From NCBI GenBank assembly GCA_964650285.1, contig CAZYSP010000001.1, positions 13,169 through 77,168 of the forward strand: DNA of 64,000 bases, in the 5' to 3' direction. The position numbers and the translations under genes are program-made. Source of the stretch: an uncultured Methanosarcinales archaeon (GTDB lineage: Archaea > Nanobdellota > Nanobdellia > Woesearchaeales > GW2011-AR4). The notes beneath the pieces are model-generated. The model saw only the letters and a program-made list of their open reading frames with translations. It did no database searches and was not told the origin of the DNA. This document shows positions 48,429-57,595 of the stretch, piece by piece; the first letter of the stretch is position 1; each line of letters starts with the position of its first letter.

Positions 48429-49628
48429 TTATTTCTTAGCGCTATAAACTTGAGGAAGGGCATTCAATTGTTTAATGACGTTTGATCCAAATGGATTATG
48501 TAAGAGATATACTGTTAATGTGGTGCCATCTTTTCCAATTTGTCTTGAAGGATTCTCTCTTATATTTATATTATGTTCTCTTAACACTTCGCCTATTTCA
48601 GCAAATGCTCCTGGCGCATCCTTATGGTGTACAAATAATGGATAAACTGGTTTTTGTTCTGCTTGGATAGTTTCTCCTGCATTTACAGCATTTGTATAGT
48701 CCCCATTCAATAGATAACCAATAATAACCTCTGCCATCTCTCTTGATGTTTTTTTCTGGGCTTCATCTGTTGACGCCCCTAAATGGGAGGTTAGAACAAC
48801 ATTATCTAATCCTTTTAATCTGCTATTAAATTCGTTCCCTTCTTTTTTAGGTTCATCTGCATGAACATCCAAACCTGCACCTGCTATGCTTTTTGTTGAT
48901 AGTGCTTCATATAAAGCTTCTTCATCGACGTTAGATCCTCTTGAAGTACTAATAAGATAAGCAGTTGGTCGCATCATTGAAAGTTCTTGTTTTCCAATTA
49001 TTACACCACTTCCACCAACATGAATACTTACATAGTCTGATGTTTCAAGAACTTCTTCTTTTGATTTATAGTCTATTCTTGATTCCGGAAAAATAGATTT
49101 AACTTGATCTGAAAAAGCATCATAGCCAATCACCCTCATATCAAGTCCACTAACTAAGTTGCTTAATCTTTGCCCGATTCTACCGCAACCTATAATTCCA
49201 AGGGTTTTATGAGAAACTTCAACACCTTTGAATGGTTTTTTTAGCCAAATGCCATTTTTTAATGAGTAATGCGATTGAGGTATATTTCTTGAAACGGCCC
49301 CCATTAGAAAAAGTGCGTGTTCTGCAGCAGCATTTGTATTTCCATATGGTGCAAATTTTACCAGAATGCCATGTTCAGAAGCTGCTATATCATCTATATT
49401 ATCAACTCCAACACCAGCTCTTCCTACTATTTTTAGGTTACCTTTAGCACCAGCTTCAATAATTTCTCGCGTTACTGAGGTAGCACTTCTAACACTTAGT
49501 GCGTCATAATCTCCAACAACTTCAACTAGGGTTTTTTGATCTTTTTTTTGTGTGTCTGTTCCTATTCCTGCTATTTCAAATAATTCGATTCCTTCTTCAT
49601 CCATTCCGTCGTTTAATAATACTTTCAT
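48429..49628 (-). CDS. serA: D-3-phosphoglycerate dehydrogenase with C-terminal ACT domain
   Basis: VRSAT, RAGVGVDNID, GCGRIG, SRG, AGLDV..EP, HLGAST.EAQ, H.D.PG ACT motif. Confidence 0.9.
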   Translation of the reverse strand: MKVLLNDGMDEEGIELFEIAGIGTDTQKKDQKTLVEVVGDYDALSVRSATSVTREIIEAGAKGNLKIVGRAGVGVDNIDDIAASEHGILVKFAPYGNTNAAAEHALFLMGAVSRNIPQSHYSLKNGIWLKKPFKGVEVSHKTLGIIGCGRIGQRLSNLVSGLDMRVIGYDAFSDQVKSIFPESRIDYKSKEEVLETSDYVSIHVGGSGVIIGKQELSMMRPTAYLISTSRGSNVDEEALYEALSTKSIAGAGLDVHADEPKKEGNEFNSRLKGLDNVVLTSHLGASTDEAQKKTSREMAEVIIGYLLNGDYTNAVNAGETIQAEQKPVYPLFVHHKDAPGAFAEIGEVLREHNINIRENPSRQIGKDGTTLTVYLLHNPFGSNVIKQLNALPQVYSAKK

Positions 49629-49781
49629 TGACACCACCCTTAATTGAACTGCTAAGATTTTATTAAGATTTAAAATACTTTCGTTAAATTGACTACTTAA
49701 AAATAGATATTAAATAAAAACTTGTTTATCTTAGAAAAACATTACAAAAAATTTTTATATAACTATGATAATGATAACATT

Positions 49782-50141
49782 ATGCTAAAGATTATTTCTT
49801 TATTAATAATATTGGGAATAATTGTTTTAGGTTGTAGTAAGGAAGAAACAACAGAATCAATTACTGGAGCATATGAAATTAATGAGCTGGAAGTTATTGA
49901 AGACGCAGAGGAAGAAGAGGAAAAAATAATTACAGTAAGGCTGTGCCATGATACAGATAATGGAATTGTAAGATGGGTAAATGGAACAGTGTTTGGTTTC
50001 TACAATAATGCAACAAGGTTTGAGTTTAATGATTATTGCCAGAATTTTAATTATTTATGGGAATTCTATTGTGAAAATGAGACTCCAATGCAGAGGATAT
50101 TCTTATGCACAAATGGTTGTGAGGATAATCACTGCCTCTAA
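49782..50141 (+). CDS. Putative lipoprotein with Cys-rich surface domain
   Basis: LGIIVLG-C lipobox; CHDTDNG...DYC...EFYC...C.NGC...C pattern. Confidence 0.7.
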   Translation: MLKIISLLIILGIIVLGCSKEETTESITGAYEINELEVIEDAEEEEEKIITVRLCHDTDNGIVRWVNGTVFGFYNNATRFEFNDYCQNFNYLWEFYCENETPMQRIFLCTNGCEDNHCL

Positions 50142-50896
50142 ATATAAAGCTTCATTGCCTCTTCTTCCATGAAATGGAGTTTTTTTGCAGGTACAATTAA
50201 GCAATGCATTCCTCCTTTAAAAATATATTTAAGCAGCTCTTTTGCTTTTCCAACCCTAATTATTTGATCTAAAGAGCCTAGTTTAGCGCAGCCAATGCAC
50301 AATGTGTTGTCAGTAAATACTCTTTCTCCTCTTTTTAATTCAACTTTTAATAGGTACCTTATTGCATCGCTAACGGTTAAACTATCATTTGAGTTTTCTA
50401 TTACATCAAGCAGGAACAATGTATGCAGATTATTTTTCTGATTTAAAGCAAGAACATCATACGGTGTTTCAATATTCTCATTCAAAAAGGGTATGCTGAC
50501 AGTTTTGCCGAAATTATAGAGCTGCAATCCAGTAACACCTATAGCAGTAAGAACAGATGCATTATGCACAATTCTTATTTTTATTCCAAGTTTTTTTGCC
50601 CTTAAGTATAAATCCATATGAGTTGTTGCTGAAAAGATATCACCAACAACTAAAAAAGCTACTTCCTGAGTTTTTGCCTGTAGCAACATGGTCTTTTCAG
50701 CATCCATTTCCACCAATTTTCTATCTGCCAATATAATTTTTTTGTTATATAATTTTTCTAAATAATTAATATTGCAGTTTAGCTTAGAAGTATAGTTTTC
50801 AAGATAAACAAAATCTGCTTTTTTCACTAATTCAAGGCCTTTTAGGCTGATGTCTTTTTCGTCATTTAAACCTAGACTAATGAAGTAGAGGGTCAT
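50138..50896 (-). CDS. dph5: Diphthine synthase
   Basis: LGL.DEKDISLKG, ENYTS, ADR..VE, GD.FSATTH, GLQLYNFGKTVS, HTLFLLD, LHFMEEE. Confidence 0.95.
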   Translation of the reverse strand: MTLYFISLGLNDEKDISLKGLELVKKADFVYLENYTSKLNCNINYLEKLYNKKIILADRKLVEMDAEKTMLLQAKTQEVAFLVVGDIFSATTHMDLYLRAKKLGIKIRIVHNASVLTAIGVTGLQLYNFGKTVSIPFLNENIETPYDVLALNQKNNLHTLFLLDVIENSNDSLTVSDAIRYLLKVELKRGERVFTDNTLCIGCAKLGSLDQIIRVGKAKELLKYIFKGGMHCLIVPAKKLHFMEEEAMKLYI

Positions 50897-51035
50897 AATA
50901 GGGTAGAAGTTAAGTATTATTTATAATATTAATCCAAAACTACCTATAACAGTATACTAAAACATATATTTTCTACTCTAGAAATGTTTAAATATTATCT
51001 TGCAAATATATATAGAATATAAAAAAACCTAATTT

Positions 51036-51165
51036 GAGTTTTTTTGGCGAAAAACTCGACTAAACAGCTTTTTTTGGCGAAAAAGCGTGTTTGTTTGGCG
51101 TTATTTTCAGTATAAAGTAATTCTTTGGTACTTAAACGTATAAAAAAGCTATTTATTGGCGTAAA
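51036..51165. repeat. TTGGCG motif x4 upstream of ftsZ, three with inverted flanks
   Basis: GAGTTTTT-TTGGCG-AAAAACTC (51036-51057), GCTTTTT-TTGGCG-AAAAAGC (51067-51086), TTGGCG (51095), TTTA-TTGGCG-TAAA (51152-51165). Confidence 0.75.
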
Positions 51166-51277
51166 CAACTTTTTTTCTAGGAGATAGTATATATATAATT
51201 CCGATATAAATATTTTGGTACTCTGGTGTTTATATTGGGATATATATTTTAAAAACCGCAAAACGAGGGGTGAAAAA

Positions 51278-52354
51278 ATGGAATTTTTGGTGGAAGACGC
51301 AATAAAAAAGAGTGGGGAAAATAAATTTGAGGGTGTAGATGTAGGACAGGCAAAAATAAGAGTTATGGGAGTGGGAGGAGCTGGCAACAATATGGTTGGC
51401 TGGCTATATAATAAAGGCGTTAAAGGCGCTGAGATTATAGCCTGTAACACAGACCAGCAGCATTTGAATATTATAGATGCAGACAGGAAATTTTTGCTGG
51501 GAGAAGGAGTTACCAGGGGCTTAGGATGCGGAGGCTTTCCAGAGAAGGGTGCAGAGGCTGCAAAAGAAAGCCTGCAGGAAGTAAAGCAAAGCCTTAAGGA
51601 ATCTGACATGGTTTTTGTATGCGCTGGTATGGGCGGCGGAACAGGAACAGGAGGAGCTCCTATTGTAGCAGAGGTTGCTAGAGCTACTGGTGCAATAGTT
51701 ATTGGAACTGTTACCATGCCTTTCAAAATAGAGCGGGCAAGAGTGGATAAAGCAGAATTTGGTTTAGAGCGACTAAGAGATGTTTCTGATACTGTGATTG
51801 TAATAGATAACAACAGACTAGTTAATATTGCTGGCAATTTACCTATACAACAAGCATTTGCTGTTGCGAATGAGCTTATAGCAACAATGATAAAAGGTAT
51901 TGTGGAAACAATAGCTGTACCAAGCCTGGTTAATCTGGATTATGCAGATGTAAGGGCTATTATGAAAAATGGCGGTGTTGCTGCTATTGGTGTAGGTGCC
52001 TCAGATACCACTGACAGAGTAGGTGAAGCTGTAAAAGGAGCCTTACAAAATCCACTTTTGGATATTAATTACAAAGGTGCAACAGGAGCTTTAATACATA
52101 TTATAGGCGGCCCAGATATGACACTGGATGAGATAAGCAAAGTAGGAGAATTAGTTACAGAAACTCTTGATCCTGATGCAAATGTCATCTGGGGAGCCAG
52201 GGTTTCAGATGATATGAAAGGAAAGCTTACTGTGATGACAATAGTGACAGGCGTAAAGAGCCCATGGATTTTGGGCAAAAAAAACGTACTTGCGGCAAGT
52301 CCGGAGGTTGCACAGATCAGTGAGGAATTAGGCATAGAGATACTGGATGAATGA
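51278..52354 (+). CDS. ftsZ: Cell division protein FtsZ
   Basis: GVGGAGNN, NTD, GMGGGTGTGGAP, IDNN, NLDYADV, IWGAR; SD GGGGTGA. Confidence 0.98.
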   Translation: MEFLVEDAIKKSGENKFEGVDVGQAKIRVMGVGGAGNNMVGWLYNKGVKGAEIIACNTDQQHLNIIDADRKFLLGEGVTRGLGCGGFPEKGAEAAKESLQEVKQSLKESDMVFVCAGMGGGTGTGGAPIVAEVARATGAIVIGTVTMPFKIERARVDKAEFGLERLRDVSDTVIVIDNNRLVNIAGNLPIQQAFAVANELIATMIKGIVETIAVPSLVNLDYADVRAIMKNGGVAAIGVGASDTTDRVGEAVKGALQNPLLDINYKGATGALIHIIGGPDMTLDEISKVGELVTETLDPDANVIWGARVSDDMKGKLTVMTIVTGVKSPWILGKKNVLAASPEVAQISEELGIEILDE

Positions 52355-52370
52355 TCACCCTTTAGTCTTT

Positions 52371-52455
52371 GTGGTGGCATCCTAGCAATAGGGTGTATTT
52401 TTCTATGCCTCCATTTCTAAAAAACCACCCCCAACGTTTTTAAGTATGGAGGCGT
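52371..52455 (+). ncRNA. Candidate structured 3' element downstream of ftsZ
   Basis: GCATCCTA-GCAA-TAGGGTGT hairpin; ATGCCTCCAT/ATGGAGGCGT stem with loop AAAACCACCCCCAACG. Confidence 0.5.
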
Positions 52456-52458
52456 TTG

Positions 52459-52480
52459 TCCCTCGCAAGAGGGATTTTTT
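52459..52480 (+). terminator. Hairpin plus T-run between convergent ftsZ and nitroreductase genes
   Basis: TCCCTC-GCAA-GAGGGA followed by TTTTTT. Confidence 0.6.
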
Positions 52481-52506
52481 ATTTTTTTGAAATAAGAATT
52501 AGACAA

Positions 52507-53169
52507 TTATTTCTTTCTTAACCTTTTCTCAACATGCTCTTTAATCTTTTTTCCTGTCTTTTTTGCTAACTTCTTGCCCTCATCTACAATCCTTGCATTG
52601 TAAGCAGACCACCAGCCCATATGTGTTTTTGGTGCTTCTAAGCGGCCCCACCATGTTTCAGAAAATGTCATGTGCTCTATTCTGTATTTTGGTGGTGGTG
52701 CTGGGGCTTCATCTGCATAGCCTATTGTTATAATACCTTGTACGGTTTTTTCTTCTGGCAGATTTAAAATGCGGAAAATTTCATCTTCATCAAAAGCGCC
52801 TACCCAGCAGGCTCCCAACCCTAAGCTATGGGCTGTAAGCAACATGTTTTGTATTGCGGCAGCACATCCCTGTATTGTGTATAATCTTGCACCTCTTGTT
52901 CCATAATAACGTTCAGCTTTTTCAGGCTCAGCAACTACAACAATGTAAACTGGAGCAATTTCCATCCATTCCTGTTGTAAGCAGGCATTTGCAATGGCTT
53001 TTCTTTTTGTATCACTTTTAACATAAATAAATTTCCAGTTTTGCAAGTTGCCGGCAGAAGGAGCATATTTGCCTGCTTGCATTATAGTGACAATATTATC
53101 CCAAGGAACCTGCTTATCTTTATATTTCCTTATACTTCTTCTTGTTCTAATTGCTTCAAAAACTTCCAT
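52507..53169 (-). CDS. Nitroreductase family protein
   Basis: RRSIRKY, APSAGNLQNW, QNMLL.AH.LGLG.CWVG, IGY. Confidence 0.93.
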   Translation of the reverse strand: MEVFEAIRTRRSIRKYKDKQVPWDNIVTIMQAGKYAPSAGNLQNWKFIYVKSDTKRKAIANACLQQEWMEIAPVYIVVVAEPEKAERYYGTRGARLYTIQGCAAAIQNMLLTAHSLGLGACWVGAFDEDEIFRILNLPEEKTVQGIITIGYADEAPAPPPKYRIEHMTFSETWWGRLEAPKTHMGWWSAYNARIVDEGKKLAKKTGKKIKEHVEKRLRKK

Positions 53170-53211
53170 GTTGCATATCCTTTGATTAATTATTAATAAA
53201 TTTATTGTTTT

Positions 53212-53352
53212 GGGCTGTGCCAGAGCAGACTGAAGTCAAAATGCTGCATCTTGATACCATTTTGCAGATATTATTTGGTTATAATACACAGCATTTTATT
53301 TGTAGTCATTGCTTTATTTTCCCACCCGCCACCCCTAAATTAGGCATAGCCC
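53212..53352. repeat. GGGCTGTGCC-bounded structured element, copy 2
   Basis: GGGCTGTGCC/GGCATAGCCC termini; first ~34 nt and CCCACCC...CCCC...TAGGC shared with 10401-10532. Confidence 0.75.
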
Positions 53353-53414
53353 TTGGGGATTATTATTTTATTTGCATAGATATATTTTTATAGTATATAA
53401 TATTGTAATTTGAT

Positions 53415-55166
53415 ATGCAATACTCAAAGCTTGTGGATGTGTATGAGAAGCTGGAAGGTACAACAAAGAGGCTTGGGCATACTCATATTATTTCAGAGTT
53501 TCTAAAGGATATAGATGTTGATGATTTGGGAACAACAATTTTGCTGCTGGAAGGAAGGGTTTTTCCAAGATGGGATGAAAGAGAGACTGGCATGGCATCA
53601 AAAATGATGCTTAAGGCAATAAGCGTGGCATCTGGTGAAAGCAAAGAAAGGATAAATTCAGAATGGAAAAAAACAGGGGATTTAGGAACAGTTTCCCATA
53701 ATTTAATTAAAAAAAAGAAGCAGCATACTTTAAAAGCTTATGAGCTTACTGTAAAAAAGGTTCTTAAAAACTTAAGACAAATTTCTACAATTGAAGGCAT
53801 GGGTTCTGTTGACAAGAAAATATCCCTGGTAGCAGAGCTATTAACATCGGCAAAACCTAATGAGGCAAAATATATTGTAAGGACAATTCTCAATGATATG
53901 CGCATAGGTGTTGGAGAGGGGAGCATAAGGGATTCTATTGTGTGGGCTTTTTTTGGCAAGGAACTTGAGGTAAAGTACAATAAAGAAGAAAACAATATTG
54001 AGATTGAAGACAGAAAAAAGTACAATGAGTATGTTGGGGCTGTACAAAAAGCTTATGATGTTACAAATGATTTTGCGCCTGTGGCAGAAGCAGCAAAAAA
54101 ACACGGACTTAAAGGACTTGAGGAATTGGAAATGAGTATAGGGATACCTTTGAAGGTTATGCTTGCGTTAAAAGTTGAGGATATTGACGAGGGTTTTGAA
54201 AGGTGCGGAAAGCCAGCGGAATTTGAGTTTAAATACGATGGCATGAGGATGCAGATACATAAGGACGGTAAGGAAGTAAAGATATTTACAAGAAGACTGG
54301 AAAACGTCACTAATCAGTTTCCAGAAGTTGTTGATTATGTAAAAAAATATGTTGATGAAAAAAAGGTTATTCTTGATTCTGAGGCAGTTGGTTGCAGTAA
54401 AAAAAGTGGAAAATATCTGCCATTCCAGAAGATTTCACAAAGAATAAAGAGAAAATATGACATTGAAAAAATGTCAGAAGAATTGCCGGTTGAGGTGAAT
54501 GTTTTTGATATAATAAACTATAAAGGCAAAAGTGTTGTCAATAAGGTTTTTGAGGCAAGGAAAAAAATAATTAAAAAAATAATTAAAAATGTGCCGAAAA
54601 AAATCAAGGTTGCAAAGAGTATTGTAACTGCAAGTAAAAAAGAAGTTGAAAGCTTTTACAAAGAGGCAGTTGATTCTGGAAATGAGGGCTTAATGATCAA
54701 AAATCTTGACGCACCTTATAAACCAGGTGCAAGGGTTGGATTTATGTGTAAATTAAAATCTGAACAAGAGGCATTTGATTTGGTAATAATTAAATCTGAG
54801 TGGGGTGAGGGCAAGCGCTCAAAATGGTTAAGCAGTTACACTCTTGCATGCAGAAATAAAGACCAGTTTCTTGAAGTTGGCAAGGCAAGCACCGGGCTTA
54901 AGGAAAAAAGAGAAGAAGGTTTAAGCTTTGCAGAAATGACAGATTTACTCAAACCCTTAATAAAGAGAGAGGAGGGAAAAGAAGTTACAGTAAAGCCAAA
55001 GGTTGTAATAGAAGTAGGTTATGAAGAAATTCAGAAAAGCCCCACTTATAGTAGCGGTTATGCTTTGCGCTTTCCCAGAGTTTTAGTCCTGCGCCGAGAT
55101 AAATCTCCAAATGATGCAACAACATTAGATATGATTAAAGAGGCTTATAGAAAGCAAAAGAAGTGA
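53415..55166 (+). CDS. lig: ATP-dependent DNA ligase
   Basis: EFKYDGMR (motif I), DSE, FD, EGLMIK, ALRFPR; N-terminal DNA-binding domain. Confidence 0.96.
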   Translation: MQYSKLVDVYEKLEGTTKRLGHTHIISEFLKDIDVDDLGTTILLLEGRVFPRWDERETGMASKMMLKAISVASGESKERINSEWKKTGDLGTVSHNLIKKKKQHTLKAYELTVKKVLKNLRQISTIEGMGSVDKKISLVAELLTSAKPNEAKYIVRTILNDMRIGVGEGSIRDSIVWAFFGKELEVKYNKEENNIEIEDRKKYNEYVGAVQKAYDVTNDFAPVAEAAKKHGLKGLEELEMSIGIPLKVMLALKVEDIDEGFERCGKPAEFEFKYDGMRMQIHKDGKEVKIFTRRLENVTNQFPEVVDYVKKYVDEKKVILDSEAVGCSKKSGKYLPFQKISQRIKRKYDIEKMSEELPVEVNVFDIINYKGKSVVNKVFEARKKIIKKIIKNVPKKIKVAKSIVTASKKEVESFYKEAVDSGNEGLMIKNLDAPYKPGARVGFMCKLKSEQEAFDLVIIKSEWGEGKRSKWLSSYTLACRNKDQFLEVGKASTGLKEKREEGLSFAEMTDLLKPLIKREEGKEVTVKPKVVIEVGYEEIQKSPTYSSGYALRFPRVLVLRRDKSPNDATTLDMIKEAYRKQKK

Positions 55167-55443
55167 GACATACCACTGGACATTTGCGCGTCAGATTTAT
55201 AAATAACTACTTCTATTAAAATTGGGAAATGGTAAATAGATTAACTGAAGTACAAAAAGGACTAATTAAAAGTAAATTCCTAGAATACATTGATACCAAT
55301 AAGACCGCAAAAGATATACTGGTGTTTTCATATTCTTCAAAGGCTTTTATATAACCCTCTTTAGAAACTCTTCTTTCGTCTCTTCTTTTCAAAGCAATTT
55401 CTCTCGTTTAAATCTTTTTATTTCTTTGCTATGATACAAGACA

Positions 55444-55581
55444 TCAAAACCAGCGAAAACCCACAGATGAACTGACTCGGTTTTCTGGGTATTTGAAACT
55501 TTCAGTTTCAAAACCAGCGAAAAGCAACAGACTAATTTGTAACACTTTTCTGGGCTTTGAAATTTTTAGAATTTCAAAACC
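55444..55581. repeat. Tandem palindromic repeat (~65-bp period, two full units plus a truncated third)
   Basis: TCAAAACCAGCGAAAA at 55444 and 55508, TTTTCTGGG at 55481 and 55546, TTTGAAA..TTTCAAA linkers; TCAAAACC at 55574 runs into the TATA box. Confidence 0.8.
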
Positions 55582-55616
55582 TTTATATATCATCAAAGAA
55601 CTACGAAGTTTGCATA

Positions 55617-57491
55617 ATGGCCAAAAAAACAAAGAAATATGAGAAGAAAAATTCTGTTGAGGGGGTAAAAGAAGGCTCTTCTGCTCTGCAGGAAAAGGCA
55701 CTTGACAAGCTGCCCAAGGATGCGCAGGAAAAACTAAAAGCGATAAAGACAAAACTGGATAAATTCCAGAAAAAGGTCCTGGATAAATTTGATAAATATA
55801 TTGTTGGAATAGCTTTATTGCCTCCCAAAAAGCCACAGGACCAAAAGCAGTTACCAGAACAAAAGCCAGTGGATAAGGACCAGATAAGTGTTCTTGTATT
55901 AGTAGATGATTCTGACAGCAAAAAGATGTCAAAGTACGAGTTAAAGGACAAATTAACTGCTATAATGGGTAATATTGCACAGGAAATTGACAAAAATCTA
56001 ACTCCGCAGGTTGTAGTTTTATCTGAGCTCTGGCAGAATTGTTATGACGGCAAATATGAGTTTTTGCAGTTAATTGCTTTATCTGCTCCAATTTTTGACA
56101 GGGGGATGCTGGCTGCAATTAAAATAGCTGAAGTCCATAAGACTATGGTTCTCAAGAAGTTTGAGAAATACATTGTAAGCTATGTTCTTGCCGGCAGTTT
56201 AGTTCAAGGCAGAGCAACACCTACTTCAGATATTGACGTCTGGATAGTTATTGATGATACAGATGTCAAAAAGATGACTAGGGCAGAATTAAAGGACAAG
56301 TTAAGGGCTATTATAATTGGGATGGGCATTGAGGCTGGTGAGCTGACTGGAATAAAAAATAAGTTAAATATTCAAGTTTACATTTTAACGGATTTCTGGG
56401 ACAGCTTAAGGGAAGCAAATCCGATAATCTTTACTTTGCTCAGGGATGGTGTGCCTTTCTATGACAGAGGTATTTTTATGGTGTGGAAGCAGCTGCTTAA
56501 GATGGGGAAGATAAAGCCAAGTGCGGAAGCTATTGACATGTTCATGGGCTCTGGGGAGCAAATGTTAAAGAGGGTTGAGCTAAAGCTCAAGGACATTGGG
56601 ATGGAAGATATTTATTATGCAATTTTAACACCTTCTCAAGCGGCATTGATGCTGCATGGTGTTCCACCGCCTGCTCCGAAAGAAACTGCTGCTTTGATGA
56701 GAGAAATTTTTGTGCAGAAAGAAAAATTGCTGGAAGATAAGTTTGTAAAGACCCTGGAGAAAGTAATAGATGTAAGAAAATCAATTGAGCACGGCGAAAA
56801 GAAAGAAATTACCGGAAAAGAGATTGATGAATTATTAAGTGAGAGCGATAAATACCTCAAAAGAATAAAAAGACTGTTTACGCAGATAGAAAAGATAAAG
56901 GAAGAAGAGGATATGGTAAAGGTTTATGAGACAATAGTTACTATAATCAGGGATGTGTTAATGACAGAAGGAATAGAGAAAGTTGAGGATAAAGAGGTTG
57001 TTAAGCTGTTTGAGGATGAGCTGATAAGCCAGGGAAAAATACCTGCAAAGTTTTTGAGGATTTTAAATGAGATAATAAAGGCAAAGAAAGATTATGATGA
57101 CAAAAAGCTGACAAAGGTTGAAGTTGAGAAAGTAAAAAAAGGCTCTAATGAGCTCATAAAATTCTTAGTCGAGTATCTGCAGAGGAAGAGGGGGAAGGAA
57201 CTGGAGAGGACAAAGATAAGGGTCAAGCATGGCAACAGGTACGGGGAAGTTATTTTGCTGGGAAAAGAGGCTTTTATAATACATGACATAGACCATGAGG
57301 AAAAGGAAATAAGCAAGGCAAAGATAAAAGAAGATGGAAGCTTGGGAACCACACAGAAAAGCTCTTTGCAGGAGCTTGAAAAGGCATTGTCAAAAGTGGA
57401 AATACCTTCAAAAGTTTTCATTAAGGAGCCTATATTTGAGAACCTGAAGGATTTTTTCGGAAAGGATGTTGAGATTCTGGTTAATTATTGA
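55617..57491 (+). CDS. Tandem minimal nucleotidyltransferase (MNT) domains fused to HEPN-like domains
   Basis: Internal duplication; second repeat has GS-x10-DID; then DIYYA...ALM..G and RKSIEH (Rx4H). Confidence 0.8.
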   Translation: MAKKTKKYEKKNSVEGVKEGSSALQEKALDKLPKDAQEKLKAIKTKLDKFQKKVLDKFDKYIVGIALLPPKKPQDQKQLPEQKPVDKDQISVLVLVDDSDSKKMSKYELKDKLTAIMGNIAQEIDKNLTPQVVVLSELWQNCYDGKYEFLQLIALSAPIFDRGMLAAIKIAEVHKTMVLKKFEKYIVSYVLAGSLVQGRATPTSDIDVWIVIDDTDVKKMTRAELKDKLRAIIIGMGIEAGELTGIKNKLNIQVYILTDFWDSLREANPIIFTLLRDGVPFYDRGIFMVWKQLLKMGKIKPSAEAIDMFMGSGEQMLKRVELKLKDIGMEDIYYAILTPSQAALMLHGVPPPAPKETAALMREIFVQKEKLLEDKFVKTLEKVIDVRKSIEHGEKKEITGKEIDELLSESDKYLKRIKRLFTQIEKIKEEEDMVKVYETIVTIIRDVLMTEGIEKVEDKEVVKLFEDELISQGKIPAKFLRILNEIIKAKKDYDDKKLTKVEVEKVKKGSNELIKFLVEYLQRKRGKELERTKIRVKHGNRYGEVILLGKEAFIIHDIDHEEKEISKAKIKEDGSLGTTQKSSLQELEKALSKVEIPSKVFIKEPIFENLKDFFGKDVEILVNY

Positions 57492-57595
57492 TAGTAACAT
57501 TTATAAATAAAACTTAGTTTCTTATTCTTAGCCCGAGTTCAATAAGAGCGCTTCTAGGGTTATAGCGTGCTATATTCTCGGCTATTATTTGTAGA

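Noticed and set aside
50897..51277. Replication origin
   Set aside because: AT-rich with repeats, but no cdc6/orc1 neighbour and no recognisable ORB with G-string; left only as one hypothesis for the TTGGCG boxes.
50995..51837. 280-aa minus-strand ORF
   Set aside because: Antisense shadow of ftsZ extending into the AT-rich gap; no motif.
53205..53393. 62-aa ORF over the GGGCTGTGCC element
   Set aside because: TTG start and no motif; the frame is not preserved in the other copy, so the conservation is at nucleotide level.
55229..55354. 41-codon ORF MVNRLTEVQKGLIKSKF... and short minus-strand fragments
   Set aside because: Too short and motif-free to call; may be gene remnants.
55444..55581. 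CRISPR array
   Set aside because: Only two full units; the variable parts are short, related and self-pairing; no cas genes in the window. Kept as a palindromic repeat.
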